DNA of 64,000 nucleotides from an uncultured Acidobacteriaceae bacterium (GCA_964242875.1 CAXTCB010000002.1:5027-69026), one strand, 5' to 3'. Counted from the stretch's first letter, positions 1-11,247 are shown. The notes: generated from the letters alone by a model not told the origin. Program-made: numbers and translations.

Positions 1-1229
1 GAGCCACTCTCTGGAAGGAGAACGACGAACTCCTCCCCACCGTACCGCGCGACGAGATCTGGGAGGCGAATCGTGGTTCGAAGCAGTGCCCCCAATCGGC
101 GAAGTACTGCATCTCCAGTGGCGTGTCCCCAACGATCGTTGATCATCTTGAAGTTATCAACGTCGATCAGCAAGACCGTAAGGTCTCGATTGCGCCTTCG
201 CGACATGGAGAATTCGAGCACAAGGCGCTCTTCAAAGGCGCGACGATTGCGAAGACCTGTGAGTTCATCGGTGACGCTCAAGCGGCGAAGTTGTTCGTTC
301 GCAGCTTGCATCTCTTCTTGGAAGCGTTCAAGCTCCTGCTTGCGCTCCTTCTCTTCTGTAACGTCCATGGCAAGCCCGGCGAGCAGTAGATTGCCCGACG
401 AATCAAAGCAGGGGAACCGATACGTCTTCCAAACAGTGATCGTTCCGTCGGACGCTCGTAACCTCTCCTCCGCTTCAACGGTCTGGCCGCCAGACATGAC
501 ATCGAAGTCCTGGACTCTTTGCGAGAGGGTAAGACCGCGCGACCAGAGTTGCTCGTCAGTGCGGCCTAGCCATGCATACTCGTTTATGCCGAAGCGTCTC
601 GCGTAACTGCGGTTGTAGAAGAGCAGGCGTCCTGCGGCATCCTTGATGTAACTGAGGAAGGGACCGGCATCCATGAAGGTCCGGAAAAGCTCCTCGCTGG
701 CTCGAAGGTTCGTTGCAGAAGTTTCCCGCTCCAGCCTTAATCGTCCTAGACGCTCTCGCTGTTCAAGCAATTCGAGGCGGGACGTCATTTGGTGAGCCAA
801 GAGTATTAGGGCTTCCTCCTGCTCTGAGGTGAGCGCGCGAGGAACCCGATCCGTAACGCACAGGACGCCCTCAGTGAGCCCACCAGGGCTCGCGAAGGGT
901 ACCCCCGCAAGAAATCGGGTACAGGAATCGCCAGCAGCTTGTACTTCGACTTCAGCGTTGCGGCTTTGCTCTGTATCTTCAACAATCAGCAGATCATTAT
1001 GCTTCAGAACCCATTCACAGAAGTTCGCGGATACGTACAGATCATCGGTCCGCTGGATTCCAGATACACGCTTCCACCCGCGCGTTGGCTCCTTGAGCAA
1101 CACGACACTTTGCGGCACGCGGCAAACCGCACAGGCCAGCGTAGCTATGTCATCGAATTCAGCTCCGGAGAAGGCGTCAGTTTCGTATCGTGCGCCTCGG
1201 ACCAGAGTCTTCGTACTCTCCATTGGCAT
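1..1229 (-). CDS. Sensor diguanylate cyclase (GAF-PAS-GGDEF), 3' end beyond the window edge
   Basis: Not in the ORF track (no stop inside the window). Manual minus-strand translation gives GAF (FDDIATLACAVC...RFLAGVPF...GVLCVTDRVPR), PAS (ASEELFRTFMD...YIKDAAGRLLFYN) and GGDEF (TDELTGLRNRRAF, DVDNFKMINDRWGHATGDAVL, ARYGGEEFVV). Alternative in-frame ATG at 1268. Confidence 0.9.
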   Translation of the reverse strand, partial: MPMESTKTLVRGARYETDAFSGAEFDDIATLACAVCRVPQSVVLLKEPTRGWKRVSGIQRTDDLYVSANFCEWVLKHNDLLIVEDTEQSRNAEVEVQAAGDSCTRFLAGVPFASPGGLTEGVLCVTDRVPRALTSEQEEALILLAHQMTSRLELLEQRERLGRLRLERETSATNLRASEELFRTFMDAGPFLSYIKDAAGRLLFYNRSYARRFGINEYAWLGRTDEQLWSRGLTLSQRVQDFDVMSGGQTVEAEERLRASDGTITVWKTYRFPCFDSSGNLLLAGLAMDVTEEKERKQELERFQEEMQAANEQLRRLSVTDELTGLRNRRAFEERLVLEFSMSRRRNRDLTVLLIDVDNFKMINDRWGHATGDAVLRRLGALLRTTIRLPDLVARYGGEEFVVLLPESG

Positions 1230-1366
1230 TTTGCTCAACCGCCAAACCTGGGACTCGCTCCCAAGCATACAAGTCGGGAGGATGGGCAGCTTTAGGGATT
1301 GAAACCACGAAGACCCACCGGTAATACGACGTCGAAACGAGGTTTGTCTTTTAGTAACGACGCAGC

Positions 1367-1555
1367 TTAGCCATTCTTCCTAATTGCATCCCGCACGTGC
1401 TGCTCAGCTTCGGCTTTAAAGTGTGTAAGGTTATGAACCTCGGCCGCATGCTGCTCGATCACCGGTAGCATGTCGTCCTCATTCGTACCCTCTAACTCCC
1501 AAGTGCAGTCGTATCCCACATCTTTGCAATGGAAATGCTTCTTCGTCTCGCTCAT
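1367..1555 (-). CDS. DUF1059 family small metal-binding protein
   Basis: MSETKKHFHCKDVGYDCTW...HAAEVH pattern; AAGGAG RBS before ATG 1555. Confidence 0.8.
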   Translation of the reverse strand: MSETKKHFHCKDVGYDCTWELEGTNEDDMLPVIEQHAAEVHNLTHFKAEAEQHVRDAIRKNG

Positions 1556-1676
1556 GCGGACTCCTTTTAAGTTGGTTGGATGCGCAGGGATGATTGCTCT
1601 CGGCTCTCTGCCGTTTTGGTTCGTCGCAATCAGGCCTGGCATCCTGCCTCGAACGGGCTCGTCCACCGGACTGGCT

Positions 1677-1847
1677 TCAATGCTTGATCGCCCACATCAA
1701 CCAGCTTGCAGCAATCGTCCCGAAGACGAAGAGGGCGAAGCAGAACATGCCAAATCGGATCATTTGACGAGGAGCGGAACGCTGCGTGATCCCGAACACA
1801 ACAGACGTGAAGAGCGAAAAGAGTAGCATCGCGGTGAAATGGGTCAC
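1677..1847 (-). CDS. Small membrane protein (56 aa, two predicted TM helices), missed by the ORF track
   Basis: GTG start overlaps the upstream TGA (GTGA). Translation: MTHFTAMLLFSLFTSVVFGITQRSAPRQMIRFGMFCFALFVFGTIAASWLMWAIKH. Confidence 0.7.
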   Translation of the reverse strand: MTHFTAMLLFSLFTSVVFGITQRSAPRQMIRFGMFCFALFVFGTIAASWLMWAIKH

Positions 1848-2260
1848 GATCGCTTTCTCCCATTTGCCAATGAGTGTGCGTCCACCGCGGAAACGATATT
1901 TAGTAGACCCGCAACTACAATGAATTTTGTTCCATAATCCGCTGTTGCGAGGTGAATGGAGGTTGCACCGAAGTCAGATAGCCGCGCAACGATATAAAGG
2001 AGACCCGTCCCAAGATCTCCCGCAAAATTGAGCATGTCCAGCAACTCACCCGTGTTCGGCGTGTAGATCTTGCCTTGCAGGGATATCCCTATGACGAACA
2101 TCAGAACGATGGACACGAAGAGCAGCGCTGCCCGTATCCACTTCTTAAGAAGCAGATGGCCTGCGCCCGGAATCAGCCATCCGGCGAGTAAAACCAACAT
2201 CGGCGAAACTGTGCTGGCCGTAGTGGAAAGGCGGGATTGCGCCTGTGTCTCAATCGTCAT
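1844..2260 (-). CDS. Membrane protein (DUF6677-like)
   Basis: LAGWLIPGAGHLLL motif and three hydrophobic segments; TATGAT 10 nt upstream of ATG 2260. Confidence 0.7.
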   Translation of the reverse strand: MTIETQAQSRLSTTASTVSPMLVLLAGWLIPGAGHLLLKKWIRAALLFVSIVLMFVIGISLQGKIYTPNTGELLDMLNFAGDLGTGLLYIVARLSDFGATSIHLATADYGTKFIVVAGLLNIVSAVDAHSLANGRKRS

Positions 2261-2280
2261 CGCAGGGTCGATCATACCAG

Positions 2281-3453
2281 CTAGATGCGGACAAGTTCCT
2301 TCTGCAAACGTCCGCTTACGGCAGCCGAACCTACTCGCGCGATGATGTCGACTTCGCTACGAACGCCAAACTCTCCAGGGAAATATGCTCCCGGCTCAAT
2401 GGAAAAACAGGTATTTGGCAGCAGCAAGCGCTCGTCGTGCGTCTCCAGATTGTCCAGATGCGCACCGCTGCCGTGAAGAACATTGCCGATGTTGTGTCCA
2501 GTCCTGTGAGTAAAGACGGATCCTAGACCACGTGCGCGGAGGACCTCACGCGCCGCATCATCGGCCTCAAAACCCGCTATCGGCCGCTTCGCCGTAAATG
2601 CCTCCTGAACCGCCCGGATGGCAGCATCGCGGGCATCTCGCACAGCCGCAAAGACAGTCTGTTCGCGATCGCTCGGCTCCCGGCCCAGCACACCGGTCCA
2701 TGTGATGTCATAGAAGCAGGTGCCCGGTCGGTCCATTCGGCCCCAGATGTCGATCAGGAGGAAGGAGCCTGGGCGGATGGGCAACGAACTCTGTGATGAT
2801 GGTTCGTAATGAGAGTCCGCCGAGTTCGCATCCACACTAACATTCGGCCCATGGTCCCAGGTGATATTCACTTGCTTGAGCTGGTCGCGTAACCACTGAA
2901 CGATGCTCCACTCGTCTGTTTGTCCCGCACTTCGGACTCTGCGCCCGATCTCCCGCCAAGCCTCCTCGAGCAGGTGATCGATATGTTGCTGTGCCTCGTA
3001 ATGTGAGGCGATCTGATCCTCACTGAGGATCGCCTCAAACTGACTTACAAGATCCGCGGAACTCACAATCTCCTTACCTAAGTCGCGAAGCATCTCGATA
3101 GTGCCTGCATCCACCAAACTGACATACATGATCGCGTTTCGAGGTGAGTATTGCATTGCGATCCGTTTGGCTCCCGCCAGCAGGAGGGAGAGCTCCGCTT
3201 CGAGTTCCTGCCAGGAGGAGTACTCGGCTTTGGTGCCTGCGAGGGAATCAAGTCGTCCAGACTCGATGCGATGGACGAGCTTTCGCGGCTCCCCACTCGC
3301 CGGAATGAAGTAATACCAGCGTCGCGTTACGTGTGCAGACTCCGGCAAGCCCAAGATGCGGTAAGCAAGGGGATCCCTCCCATGATGGTCATAGAAGAGC
3401 CAACCTTGCATGTCGGCATCGCGTAAAGCAGCTTGAATGTCTTCGAGCTTCAT
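2281..3453 (-). CDS. M24 family Xaa-Pro aminopeptidase
   Basis: Metal-ligand motifs DIW...YDITW, HRTGHNIG, FSIEPGAY, GVRSE. Confidence 0.9.
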   Translation of the reverse strand: MKLEDIQAALRDADMQGWLFYDHHGRDPLAYRILGLPESAHVTRRWYYFIPASGEPRKLVHRIESGRLDSLAGTKAEYSSWQELEAELSLLLAGAKRIAMQYSPRNAIMYVSLVDAGTIEMLRDLGKEIVSSADLVSQFEAILSEDQIASHYEAQQHIDHLLEEAWREIGRRVRSAGQTDEWSIVQWLRDQLKQVNITWDHGPNVSVDANSADSHYEPSSQSSLPIRPGSFLLIDIWGRMDRPGTCFYDITWTGVLGREPSDREQTVFAAVRDARDAAIRAVQEAFTAKRPIAGFEADDAAREVLRARGLGSVFTHRTGHNIGNVLHGSGAHLDNLETHDERLLLPNTCFSIEPGAYFPGEFGVRSEVDIIARVGSAAVSGRLQKELVRI

Positions 3454-3498
3454 GCTCAGGCAAGTGTATCTGCCGGGGCGACGTTTGGGGTCGACAGC

Positions 3499-3532
3499 AA
3501 AGGAAAGAGGCCAGAAAGAGCTTCTGGCCTCT
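3499..3532 (-). terminator. Intrinsic terminator after infB
   Basis: AGAGGCCAGAA / TTCTGGCCTCT inverted repeat followed on the minus strand by TTCCTTT. Confidence 0.7.
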
Positions 3533-3553
3533 ATGGAGTTCGTGAGGGAGGAC

Positions 3554-6500
3554 TTATGCGGTTACGGGGGTGGCTGCAGCAGCTTCGCGTTCAGCAGCCT
3601 TCTTTTCGGCGGCATTCTGTCCAAGCTCGGCTGCCAGGGTCTCGGTGGTGAAGGACTCGATGATATCGCCGGCTCGGATCTCTTTGAAGCCGTTCAGATC
3701 AATACCGCATTCGACACCCTGTCTCACTTCCGACACGTCGTCCTTGACGCGCTTCAGGGAACCGATTCTGCCCTTCCAGACCTCAGCGCCGTCCCGCAAG
3801 ACACGGACCTGATTCTCCCGCTTGATCAGGCCATCTGTCACACGGCAGCCGGCAATTTGCCCAACTTTGGTGATCTTGAAGACCTGCAGAACCTCCGCGC
3901 GACCGGCGTAGTTTTCCCGGAAGACAGGCTCAAGCAGACCGAACATGGCCTTGGTCATCTCGTCCTGCAGCTCATAGATGATTGAGTGCAGGCGTATCTC
4001 AACGTTTTCACGATCAGCCAGTTCTTGTGACTTGCGTTCCGGCCGAACATTGAACCCGATGACTACGGCGTTCGACGCAGAGGCCAGCAGGATGTCGGAC
4101 TCGGTAATGGCGCCAACTCCGGAGTGGAGGACGCGAACGCGAACCTTCTCGGTGGACATGCGCACCAGCGAATCGGCCAGCACTTCGACCGAACCCTGCA
4201 CGTCGCCCTTAAGAATGAGGTTGAGATCCTTGACGCCCGCCATCTTGATCTGCTCAGAGAGGCCTTCGAGAGACACACGCGAACTCTTGGCCAGTTGAGC
4301 TTCCCGGTCCTTCAGCTTCCGATACTGTGCGATGCCCTTCGCCTTGTCGCGATCCGACATGACGAGAAAGGTGTCACCGGCATCCGGCATGCCTTCCAGA
4401 CCAAGGATCTCGACCGGAGTCGAAGGTCCTGCTTCGGTGATGGGACGCCCTCGATCGTCAAACATGGCGCGAATCTTGCCGAAGGTATTGCCGACGACGT
4501 AGCTGTCTCCAGTGCGAAGTGTTCCATTCTGAACCAGGATCGAAGCGACTGCACCGCGACCTCGGTCCAGTTTGGCTTCAATCACAGTTCCTACGGCTGG
4601 TCGATCCGGCGTCGCCTTTGGAGCATTGACGTCGGCAACCAGACAGATCATCTCTTCGAGAAGGTCAAGATTCGTCCGCTTCTTTGCGGAAACCTCCACG
4701 AACTCAGTATCTCCACCCTGGTTAGAGGGCTGCAGGCCGCGGGCGGCGAGCTGCTGAATCACCTTGCTCGCGTTCGCTTCCGGCTTGTCGATTTTGTTCA
4801 CCGCAACAATGATTGGCACCTTCGCCGCGCGTGCGTGATCGATCGCCTCGAGAGTCTGCGGCATAACACCGTCATCCGCCGCAACCACAATCACAACGAT
4901 GTCCGTGACCTTTGCCCCACGTGCACGCATGCGGGTAAATGCCTCGTGCCCAGGGGTGTCCAGAAAAACAATCTCGCGTCCAAAGGCCGGTGAGTCCGGC
5001 TTTGTCACGTGAACCTTGTACGCGCCGATGTGCTGGGTGATTCCGCCAGCTTCACCAGCCGCCACATCTGTCTGTCGAATGGCGTCAAGCAGAGAGGTCT
5101 TGCCGTGGTCGACATGGCCCATAACGGTGACGACTGGAGATCGCGAGACCTCGGCCATCCCGGTCGTATCTTCAAGGAAGCCTTCGATCGCTTCATTCTC
5201 AAGCTGTTCCTCGACCGAGATGACCTGCGCATCGGCGCCGAACTGGCGCGACACGTCCTTGACCAGCTCCCCGTCGAGGGACTGGTTGACCGTCACAAAA
5301 ACGCCCTTCATCAGCAGCATCGCGATCAGATCCTTGCCGCGAACATCCAGCTTTTCCGCAAGATCCTTGACGCTGATGCCTTCGGTGACCGTAATCGTCT
5401 TCGTAATCGGCAGCGGTTCGTTTGAAAACTGCGGCTGACCACCAAAACGCGGCGGTGGCGTAAAGCCCTTCATCGGGCCTTCTTTGCTCTTTTCGTAGCG
5501 CTGGCCGCCCCGGCGCTGGCCTGGTCGTGCTGCTGGCCGCGGGCTACCCGGCGTTTCACCCGGACCCGGAAGCATGCCCGGGGCGCCGCCCGGACGAGGA
5601 CCGCCAAAACCGGGCCGAGGCGGAAACCCAGGGCGTCCCCCAGGGGCAAACCCCGGGCGTCCAGGCGCTGCACCCGGCGCGCCTGTCGGGAACGTTCGCG
5701 TCGGGTGCATGGGACGCCGTGCACCAGGTGCGGCAAACCCGGGGCGCTGACCAGGTGCGCCAGGGCCACTGCTGCTACTCGTGCTGCCTGGACGCGGACG
5801 TTCAAAGATGGGACGACTGCGAGCCGGAGCACCAGGTGCTGGCGGAGGCGCCGTATAGATGGGGCGAGGTCCGGTCTGGGGCATGATCACGCGCCGTGGC
5901 GGTGGCCCGGCAGGTGCGGTCGGAGCCGGAGGCGCCGATGCAGCCTCTGCGATGCTGTCAGGGGTGACAGCAGCCACAGCGGGTGCCGCTGGCGTGCTGG
6001 TGGCGGCTACATTTGCAGCAGGGGCCGAGTCCGCAGCAGGCGCCGGAACAGCTGTGACAGCCGGAGCGGCTGCCACGGCTGGGGGTGTTGGTGGCGGCGT
6101 CGGGGCAGGTGCCGAGACCACCATAGGACGCACAACCGCTGGGGCCATCGCCGGCGACGTTCCCGGCCGAGCCTGATCAGGAGCGGAAACCGTGGGCAAG
6201 GGACGACTGGGAGCAGAAGGCACAGCCGTAGCGGGACGAGCGATCACCGGGCCGACTGGTGGCCGACTTGCAATCGCGGGTGAGGGGGCGGGAACAACAA
6301 TGTTTGCCCCCTGTCGCGGGAGTGGCACAATCCGTCGTGGAGCAGGCGGAGTCTGTTGCGTGACAGCCGGCGCAGAAGGAGCCGGTCTGGTGATCACGGG
6401 TGGCGATGAGACAGGCACCGGAGTTGCGGGTCGAACTGGCTGCACGACGACACTGGGACGCGCTTGTGGCACGCTGCTGCCTGCGGACGAACTTGGGCCG

Positions 6501-6835
6501 GCCGCGACGACCACAGCCGGTCGTTGCATCGGCGGGGCGGCCTTTGCAGCTGCCTCGGCCTGCTTTCGTTCCAGAATCGCCTTCAACGCGTCGCCCGGCT
6601 TCGCGGCCTTCGAGAGATCAATGCGGGCAGGTTGGTTTGAGTTCGCATAGCGCGACCCGCCGGAGGGGCGGTTACCGCCCGTCAGGTACCCGCGCACCTT
6701 CTCCGCTTCGTCTTCTTCGATCGACGAAGAGTGAGTCTTTTTTTCAACTACACCTACGGCCGTGAGCGCATCAAGGATCGACTTGCTCTTCACTTCCAGC
6801 TCACGTGCCAAATCATTTATTCGAACTTTACTCAT
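3554..6835 (-). CDS. infB: Translation initiation factor IF-2
   Basis: [16 protein letters not shown]-domain; [13 protein letters not shown] and NKID GTPase motifs; long Pro/Ala-rich linker. Confidence 0.99.
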   Translation of the reverse strand: MSKVRINDLARELEVKSKSILDALTAVGVVEKKTHSSSIEEDEAEKVRGYLTGGNRPSGGSRYANSNQPARIDLSKAAKPGDALKAILERKQAEAAAKAAPPMQRPAVVVAAGPSSSAGSSVPQARPSVVVQPVRPATPVPVSSPPVITRPAPSAPAVTQQTPPAPRRIVPLPRQGANIVVPAPSPAIASRPPVGPVIARPATAVPSAPSRPLPTVSAPDQARPGTSPAMAPAVVRPMVVSAPAPTPPPTPPAVAAAPAVTAVPAPAADSAPAANVAATSTPAAPAVAAVTPDSIAEAASAPPAPTAPAGPPPRRVIMPQTGPRPIYTAPPPAPGAPARSRPIFERPRPGSTSSSSGPGAPGQRPGFAAPGARRPMHPTRTFPTGAPGAAPGRPGFAPGGRPGFPPRPGFGGPRPGGAPGMLPGPGETPGSPRPAARPGQRRGGQRYEKSKEGPMKGFTPPPRFGGQPQFSNEPLPITKTITVTEGISVKDLAEKLDVRGKDLIAMLLMKGVFVTVNQSLDGELVKDVSRQFGADAQVISVEEQLENEAIEGFLEDTTGMAEVSRSPVVTVMGHVDHGKTSLLDAIRQTDVAAGEAGGITQHIGAYKVHVTKPDSPAFGREIVFLDTPGHEAFTRMRARGAKVTDIVVIVVAADDGVMPQTLEAIDHARAAKVPIIVAVNKIDKPEANASKVIQQLAARGLQPSNQGGDTEFVEVSAKKRTNLDLLEEMICLVADVNAPKATPDRPAVGTVIEAKLDRGRGAVASILVQNGTLRTGDSYVVGNTFGKIRAMFDDRGRPITEAGPSTPVEILGLEGMPDAGDTFLVMSDRDKAKGIAQYRKLKDREAQLAKSSRVSLEGLSEQIKMAGVKDLNLILKGDVQGSVEVLADSLVRMSTEKVRVRVLHSGVGAITESDILLASASNAVVIGFNVRPERKSQELADRENVEIRLHSIIYELQDEMTKAMFGLLEPVFRENYAGRAEVLQVFKITKVGQIAGCRVTDGLIKRENQVRVLRDGAEVWKGRIGSLKRVKDDVSEVRQGVECGIDLNGFKEIRAGDIIESFTTETLAAELGQNAAEKKAAEREAAAATPVTA

Positions 6836-6967
6836 CCGTCCCTTTTTGGTTCTCTCGTGTCTCTAGCTGGTCATAGCAGCCTCGTCGTAGAGAGTCTATT
6901 GTAGCCAGTTTCTTTGGAATTGCAGCGATTTCTCTCTTTTCGCGCAGAGACACCGCCGCCGTAAGCG

Positions 6968-8674
6968 CTAGCCACGAACATGCCCGTCGGTGTCGATACC
7001 CTCGTCCGAAACTTCCTGGGCCTGATCGACCAACTCATCGACCGTGTCGTTATTCAACTCAATCTGCTCCTCACGTGCATCGGCTTCGTCGTTCGCATCA
7101 CTCATGCTGTCCCGATCCTCTGCGTCGGCGAGATCCTCAGTGGACACGCCGTTCAGCTCCTGTGCTTCGCCGAACTCCGAAGCATCTTCCGCCAAAAGTT
7201 CTTCGGGCGTGCGATCAACAGAGGTCGTCGCTACATCCACATTCTCATCAACGATCCGGTCCAGAGTCTCTTCTGGTGTCTTTGCCACGTCACTCTCCTC
7301 AGGCGCGCCTTCAACTGTGGCGGAGCCCTCCTCAATAGATGCGGCTGCTATGGTCTCAGCATCAACCGGCAACGCTGGAGCCGGTCGCTCTTCGCCCTCT
7401 TCATAGTGTCCGAAGTAATGTCGAACTGCGGTGGAGATCTTCTCGACGGTCTTCTCCCCGATGCCCGGAACCTCTTCGAGCTGTTCAGGAGTCATATCCG
7501 CCAGCTCTTCCACGGTCGTGATTCCTGCCGCGATCAGCTTTTCAAGGATCTGTTCGCCCAGTTCGGTCACCTGTTCGACCGGTGTCCGTGGGCCGCCGCT
7601 CATGGCCTGCATCTCCTGCTCGACCTCCTGGCGCTTCTCCTCTTCGCTCTTGATGTCGATCTTCCATTGCAGCAGCTTGGCCGCAAGCCGGACATTCTGG
7701 CCCTTCTTGCCGATCGCGAGCGACAGTTGCGTGTCATCGACGATGACCTCAATCTGCTTTTCCGCAAGATCGCTGATCGAAACGCGGCTTACCTTGGCAG
7801 GCTGGAGCGCCTTCTCCGCAAAGGTCGTAATCTCCTCCGAGTACTCGATGATGTCGATCTTTTCGCCACGAAGCTCGCGAATGATCGACTGCACCCGCAT
7901 GCCTTTCATGCCGACGCACGCGCCCACGGGATCGACATCCTTGTCCCGGCTCATTACGGCAATCTTTGTCCTCTCACCAGCCTCACGGGCAATCGCTCGT
8001 ATGGTGACCGTGCCGTCGTAGATCTCGGGCACCTCGCTCTGGAAAAGGTTCTGTACCAGCGCCGGCGCGGCGCGGCTCACGATCACCTGTGGTCCTTTTG
8101 CCGCCCGGTCGACCCGTAAGAGAACGACACGCACCCGCTCACCGACCGCGAACTGCTCCAGACGCGATTGCTCACGCTTTGGCATTCTGGCCTCGGCCTT
8201 CCCCAGATCGAAGATCGTGTCCATGGGCTCTAACCGCTTCACCGTGGCGTTCAGGACCTCGCCCGCGCGGTGATTGTATTCGTTGAAGATGGTGTCGCGT
8301 TCCGCTTCCCGCACCTTCTGAAAGATCACCTGCTTTGCCATCTGCGCGGCAATGCGGCCGAGCGGCGAAGTGTCCTTGTAGAACCGCAGCTCCACCCCCG
8401 CCTCTACTTCAGGAGCCAGTTCACGGGCCTGATCGAGTGTCAGCTGGTTGGTCTCGTCTTCAACCTGCTCGGGACCTTCTACGACCGTCTTATATACGTA
8501 GGCGCGGATCTCACCGGTGTCCCGGTCGAGCTCGGCCCGCATGGACTCGAGTGTCTTGTAGTACTTGCGCGTCGCGAGTGCGATGGCATCTTCTACCGCA
8601 CCGACCACGACCTCCGGATCAATCCCCTTATCGCGGCTCAACGCTTCAATCGACTGATAGAGAACACTTGCCAT
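6968..8674 (-). CDS. nusA: Transcription termination/antitermination factor NusA
   Basis: GRIAAQMAKQVI, S1 and KH motifs (AREAGERTKIAV, LAIGKKGQNVRLA); acidic C-terminal tail. Confidence 0.99.
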   Translation of the reverse strand: MASVLYQSIEALSRDKGIDPEVVVGAVEDAIALATRKYYKTLESMRAELDRDTGEIRAYVYKTVVEGPEQVEDETNQLTLDQARELAPEVEAGVELRFYKDTSPLGRIAAQMAKQVIFQKVREAERDTIFNEYNHRAGEVLNATVKRLEPMDTIFDLGKAEARMPKREQSRLEQFAVGERVRVVLLRVDRAAKGPQVIVSRAAPALVQNLFQSEVPEIYDGTVTIRAIAREAGERTKIAVMSRDKDVDPVGACVGMKGMRVQSIIRELRGEKIDIIEYSEEITTFAEKALQPAKVSRVSISDLAEKQIEVIVDDTQLSLAIGKKGQNVRLAAKLLQWKIDIKSEEEKRQEVEQEMQAMSGGPRTPVEQVTELGEQILEKLIAAGITTVEELADMTPEQLEEVPGIGEKTVEKISTAVRHYFGHYEEGEERPAPALPVDAETIAAASIEEGSATVEGAPEESDVAKTPEETLDRIVDENVDVATTSVDRTPEELLAEDASEFGEAQELNGVSTEDLADAEDRDSMSDANDEADAREEQIELNNDTVDELVDQAQEVSDEGIDTDGHVRG

Positions 8675-8784
8675 AAATTCTTCTTTTCCTTGCTCCCGTT
8701 GGCGTCTTCATGCAATACGTCCCGGGAAGTACATCTCCGGGGTCGCCGGCGATCCTGTGCTTACCTAATTCGAATCTGCTCGCC

Positions 8785-9366
8785 TTAGAACTCGGGAACC
8801 AGATTCGCCTTTTCAACCTGGCTCCGAAGGATCTGGATACTCTCCTCCGTCGCCGCCTTCCTTGCTTTCCCTTTCTGCTTTACAGCAGAAAGATCCAGGG
8901 TGAGTCGATCATCCTCAAAACTCTTCAAGCGCCCTTGCCACTGCTTGTTGCCATGAATAGGCTCAGATGTCTTCAGCTTGATCAGGCTTCCAATAAATCG
9001 CGTGAAGTCTTTCGCAGTCGACAGCTTGCGCTCAAGTCCGGGAGAAGACACCTCCAGGGTGTACTCCGACCCGGGCACCACATCCTCAACGTCCAGCAGC
9101 GTGCCGAAATCGTGGGCAAAACTCGCACAGTCTTCATGCGTGACGCCGGAGAGACTCTCGACCGGAACGCCCTTTGGCAACAGATCGGCACCTTCTGCGA
9201 CGGCAGCTTCGATCAGCTTTGCCCGCTCCGCTTCTGTCTTCTCCAGAAAGATGCGAAGTGCCCGGAACTTTGCACTTCCCTGGAACTCAACATCAACAAC
9301 TTCCATGCCGTACGTCCCTGCGACCTGCTCCGCCATTGCCCGAATTTCGTCTGTCTTGAGCGCCAT
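8785..9366 (-). CDS. rimP: Ribosome maturation factor RimP
   Basis: YTLEVSSPGLER motif; first gene of rimP-nusA-infB; start taken at MALKTDE. Confidence 0.95.
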   Translation of the reverse strand: MALKTDEIRAMAEQVAGTYGMEVVDVEFQGSAKFRALRIFLEKTEAERAKLIEAAVAEGADLLPKGVPVESLSGVTHEDCASFAHDFGTLLDVEDVVPGSEYTLEVSSPGLERKLSTAKDFTRFIGSLIKLKTSEPIHGNKQWQGRLKSFEDDRLTLDLSAVKQKGKARKAATEESIQILRSQVEKANLVPEF

Positions 9367-9464
9367 TAGCCAGCTACCTGTCACCGCCAGGTCCAGGTGC
9401 CTGGCAAATCGTTCCATAAGGCTTCCTGGAGACCAAGGTCCGCCTTCCCAGCCTCTTTAGAGCA

Positions 9465-9490
9465 AATAAAAAGTGGGCATCAGCCCACTC
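9465..9490 (-). promoter_or_regulatory. rimP leader attenuator-type hairpin/terminator
   Basis: Minus strand GAGTGGGC-TGAT-GCCCACTT then TTTATT, between the promoter and rimP; resembles known rimP leader hairpins. Confidence 0.7.
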
Positions 9491-9563
9491 GCCTCTTTCG
9501 ACCTCCTCAGCCGGAATGCGCACGGCACAGCAGGAGGACGAAATCGCCTCGTTTACAAACTTT

Positions 9564-9592
9564 ATCGTACATCGTTCCCACTCCGCATTCAA
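9564..9592 (-). promoter_or_regulatory. Sigma70-type promoter for rimP-nusA-infB
   Basis: TTGAAT-N17-TACGAT on the minus strand. Confidence 0.6.
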
Positions 9593-9605
9593 TGGGGGCA
9601 CAACA

Positions 9606-9634
9606 TTGCCGTGCAGGGAGTGCGACTCTACAAT
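9606..9634 (+). promoter_or_regulatory. Sigma70-type promoter for guaB
   Basis: TTGCCG-N17-TACAAT. Confidence 0.6.
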
Positions 9635-9687
9635 CGAACGAACCCCACGCACTCGCTCCAGCTAAACGCGGTGCCGGCTCCTATCCC

Positions 9688-11214
9688 ATGATTGAAATCC
9701 CCGTTCCAGAGGCTCTTACCTTCGACGATGTGCTGCTGGTTCCCGCCTACAGCGACGTTGTCCCGACGCAGGTCAGCACGCAGACTCGTCTCACGCGCAC
9801 AATCACCCTGAATACACCGTTGATGTCCGCGGCGATGGATACCGTAACGGAGTCCCGGCTGGCGATCGCCATGGCACAGCAGGGAGGTTTGGGCGTCATC
9901 CATCGCAATCTGACGATCGAACAGCAGGCCGGTGAGATCGACAAGGTAAAGCGATCGGAAAGCGGCATGATCGTCGATCCCGTCACGATCTCCCCCGAGC
10001 AGCCCATCGCCGCCGCGCTCGAGGTGATGCGCCGCTACAAGATCTCCGGCGTTCCTGTAACCAAGGACAAAAAGCTGGTTGGTATCCTTACGAACCGCGA
10101 TCTGCGCTTCGTCTCCCGCACCGATCTGCCAATCGATGACGTGATGACCAAGAAGAACCTCATCACGGTTCCAGTTGGCACTACGCTCGAGCAGGCGGAA
10201 GAGATCCTTCATGAGCATCGCGTCGAGAAGCTGCTCGTCGTGAATGGTGATTACGAGCTCAAAGGCCTGATCACGGTCAAAGATATTCAGAAGAAACTCA
10301 AGTATCCAAACGCCAGCAAGGACTCGCAAGGGCGTCTCCGGGTTGCGGGAGCTATCGGGGCAACGGGCGATTTTCTGGAGCGCGCGGCTGAACTGGTCGC
10401 GGCGCGAGTCGACGCGCTCGCCATCGACTCAGCGCATGGTCATTCCTCCCGCGTCCTCGACGCCGTTCGCGAGGTGAAGATGCGTTTCCCGGCCATCGAT
10501 GTTCTCGCGGGAAACATTGCCACCTACGATGGGGCGATGGCGCTTATTGATGCGGGCGCCGATGCAATCAAGGTCGGTATTGGGCCTGGATCCATCTGCA
10601 CCACTCGCATGGTGACCGGCGCCGGAATGCCCCAGATTACCGCTATCTCTGAAGCCTTTCGCGCCGCTTCGAAACGGAATATCTCGGTCATCGCCGACGG
10701 CGGCATCAAGTATTCGGGTGATGTCACCAAGGCCATTGCCGCGGGCGCCAGCGTCTGCATGATGGGATCCCTTTTTGCGGGCGTTGACGAGAGTCCTGGT
10801 GAGACGATCCTTTACCAGGGCCGGTCGTTCAAAGCGTACCGCGGTATGGGTTCGCTCTCAGCCATGGCGCAGGGCTCGGGCGAGCGCTACTTCCAAAGTA
10901 AGGATGATCTGACGGAGGCTGCCAGCGGCGATCGACAGTCGCTTACCGCGCGCGAAGGCACCTCCTCAAACCGTCTCGCAAAGTTCGTTCCGGAAGGTAT
11001 CGAGGGCCGTGTTCCCCATCGTGGACCGCTTGAAGCGATGGTCTTCCAACTGGTCGGCGGCCTGCGTTCTGGAATGGGCTATCTGGGTTGCGCCACGATC
11101 GAAGACTTGCAAACCAATGCGCGCTTCATCCGCATCTCGAATGCGGGCCTTAAAGAGAGCCATGTGCACGACGTCATCATCACTCGGGAAGCGCCGAACT
11201 ACCACGTGGAATAG
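9688..11214 (+). CDS. guaB: IMP dehydrogenase
   Basis: [14 protein letters not shown] pair, [13 protein letters not shown] (catalytic Cys), YRGMGS. Start at MIEIPV rather than the ORF-track start 9397. Confidence 0.98.
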   Translation: MIEIPVPEALTFDDVLLVPAYSDVVPTQVSTQTRLTRTITLNTPLMSAAMDTVTESRLAIAMAQQGGLGVIHRNLTIEQQAGEIDKVKRSESGMIVDPVTISPEQPIAAALEVMRRYKISGVPVTKDKKLVGILTNRDLRFVSRTDLPIDDVMTKKNLITVPVGTTLEQAEEILHEHRVEKLLVVNGDYELKGLITVKDIQKKLKYPNASKDSQGRLRVAGAIGATGDFLERAAELVAARVDALAIDSAHGHSSRVLDAVREVKMRFPAIDVLAGNIATYDGAMALIDAGADAIKVGIGPGSICTTRMVTGAGMPQITAISEAFRAASKRNISVIADGGIKYSGDVTKAIAAGASVCMMGSLFAGVDESPGETILYQGRSFKAYRGMGSLSAMAQGSGERYFQSKDDLTEAASGDRQSLTAREGTSSNRLAKFVPEGIEGRVPHRGPLEAMVFQLVGGLRSGMGYLGCATIEDLQTNARFIRISNAGLKESHVHDVIITREAPNYHVE

Positions 11215-11247
11215 TCGCAGCGAGAGCTCAAGCCCCCTCCTGAGTCC

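Noticed and set aside
73-1302. Plus-strand ORFs 73-606, 123-389, 829-1302, 939-1295
   Set aside because: Antisense shadows of the minus-strand diguanylate cyclase.
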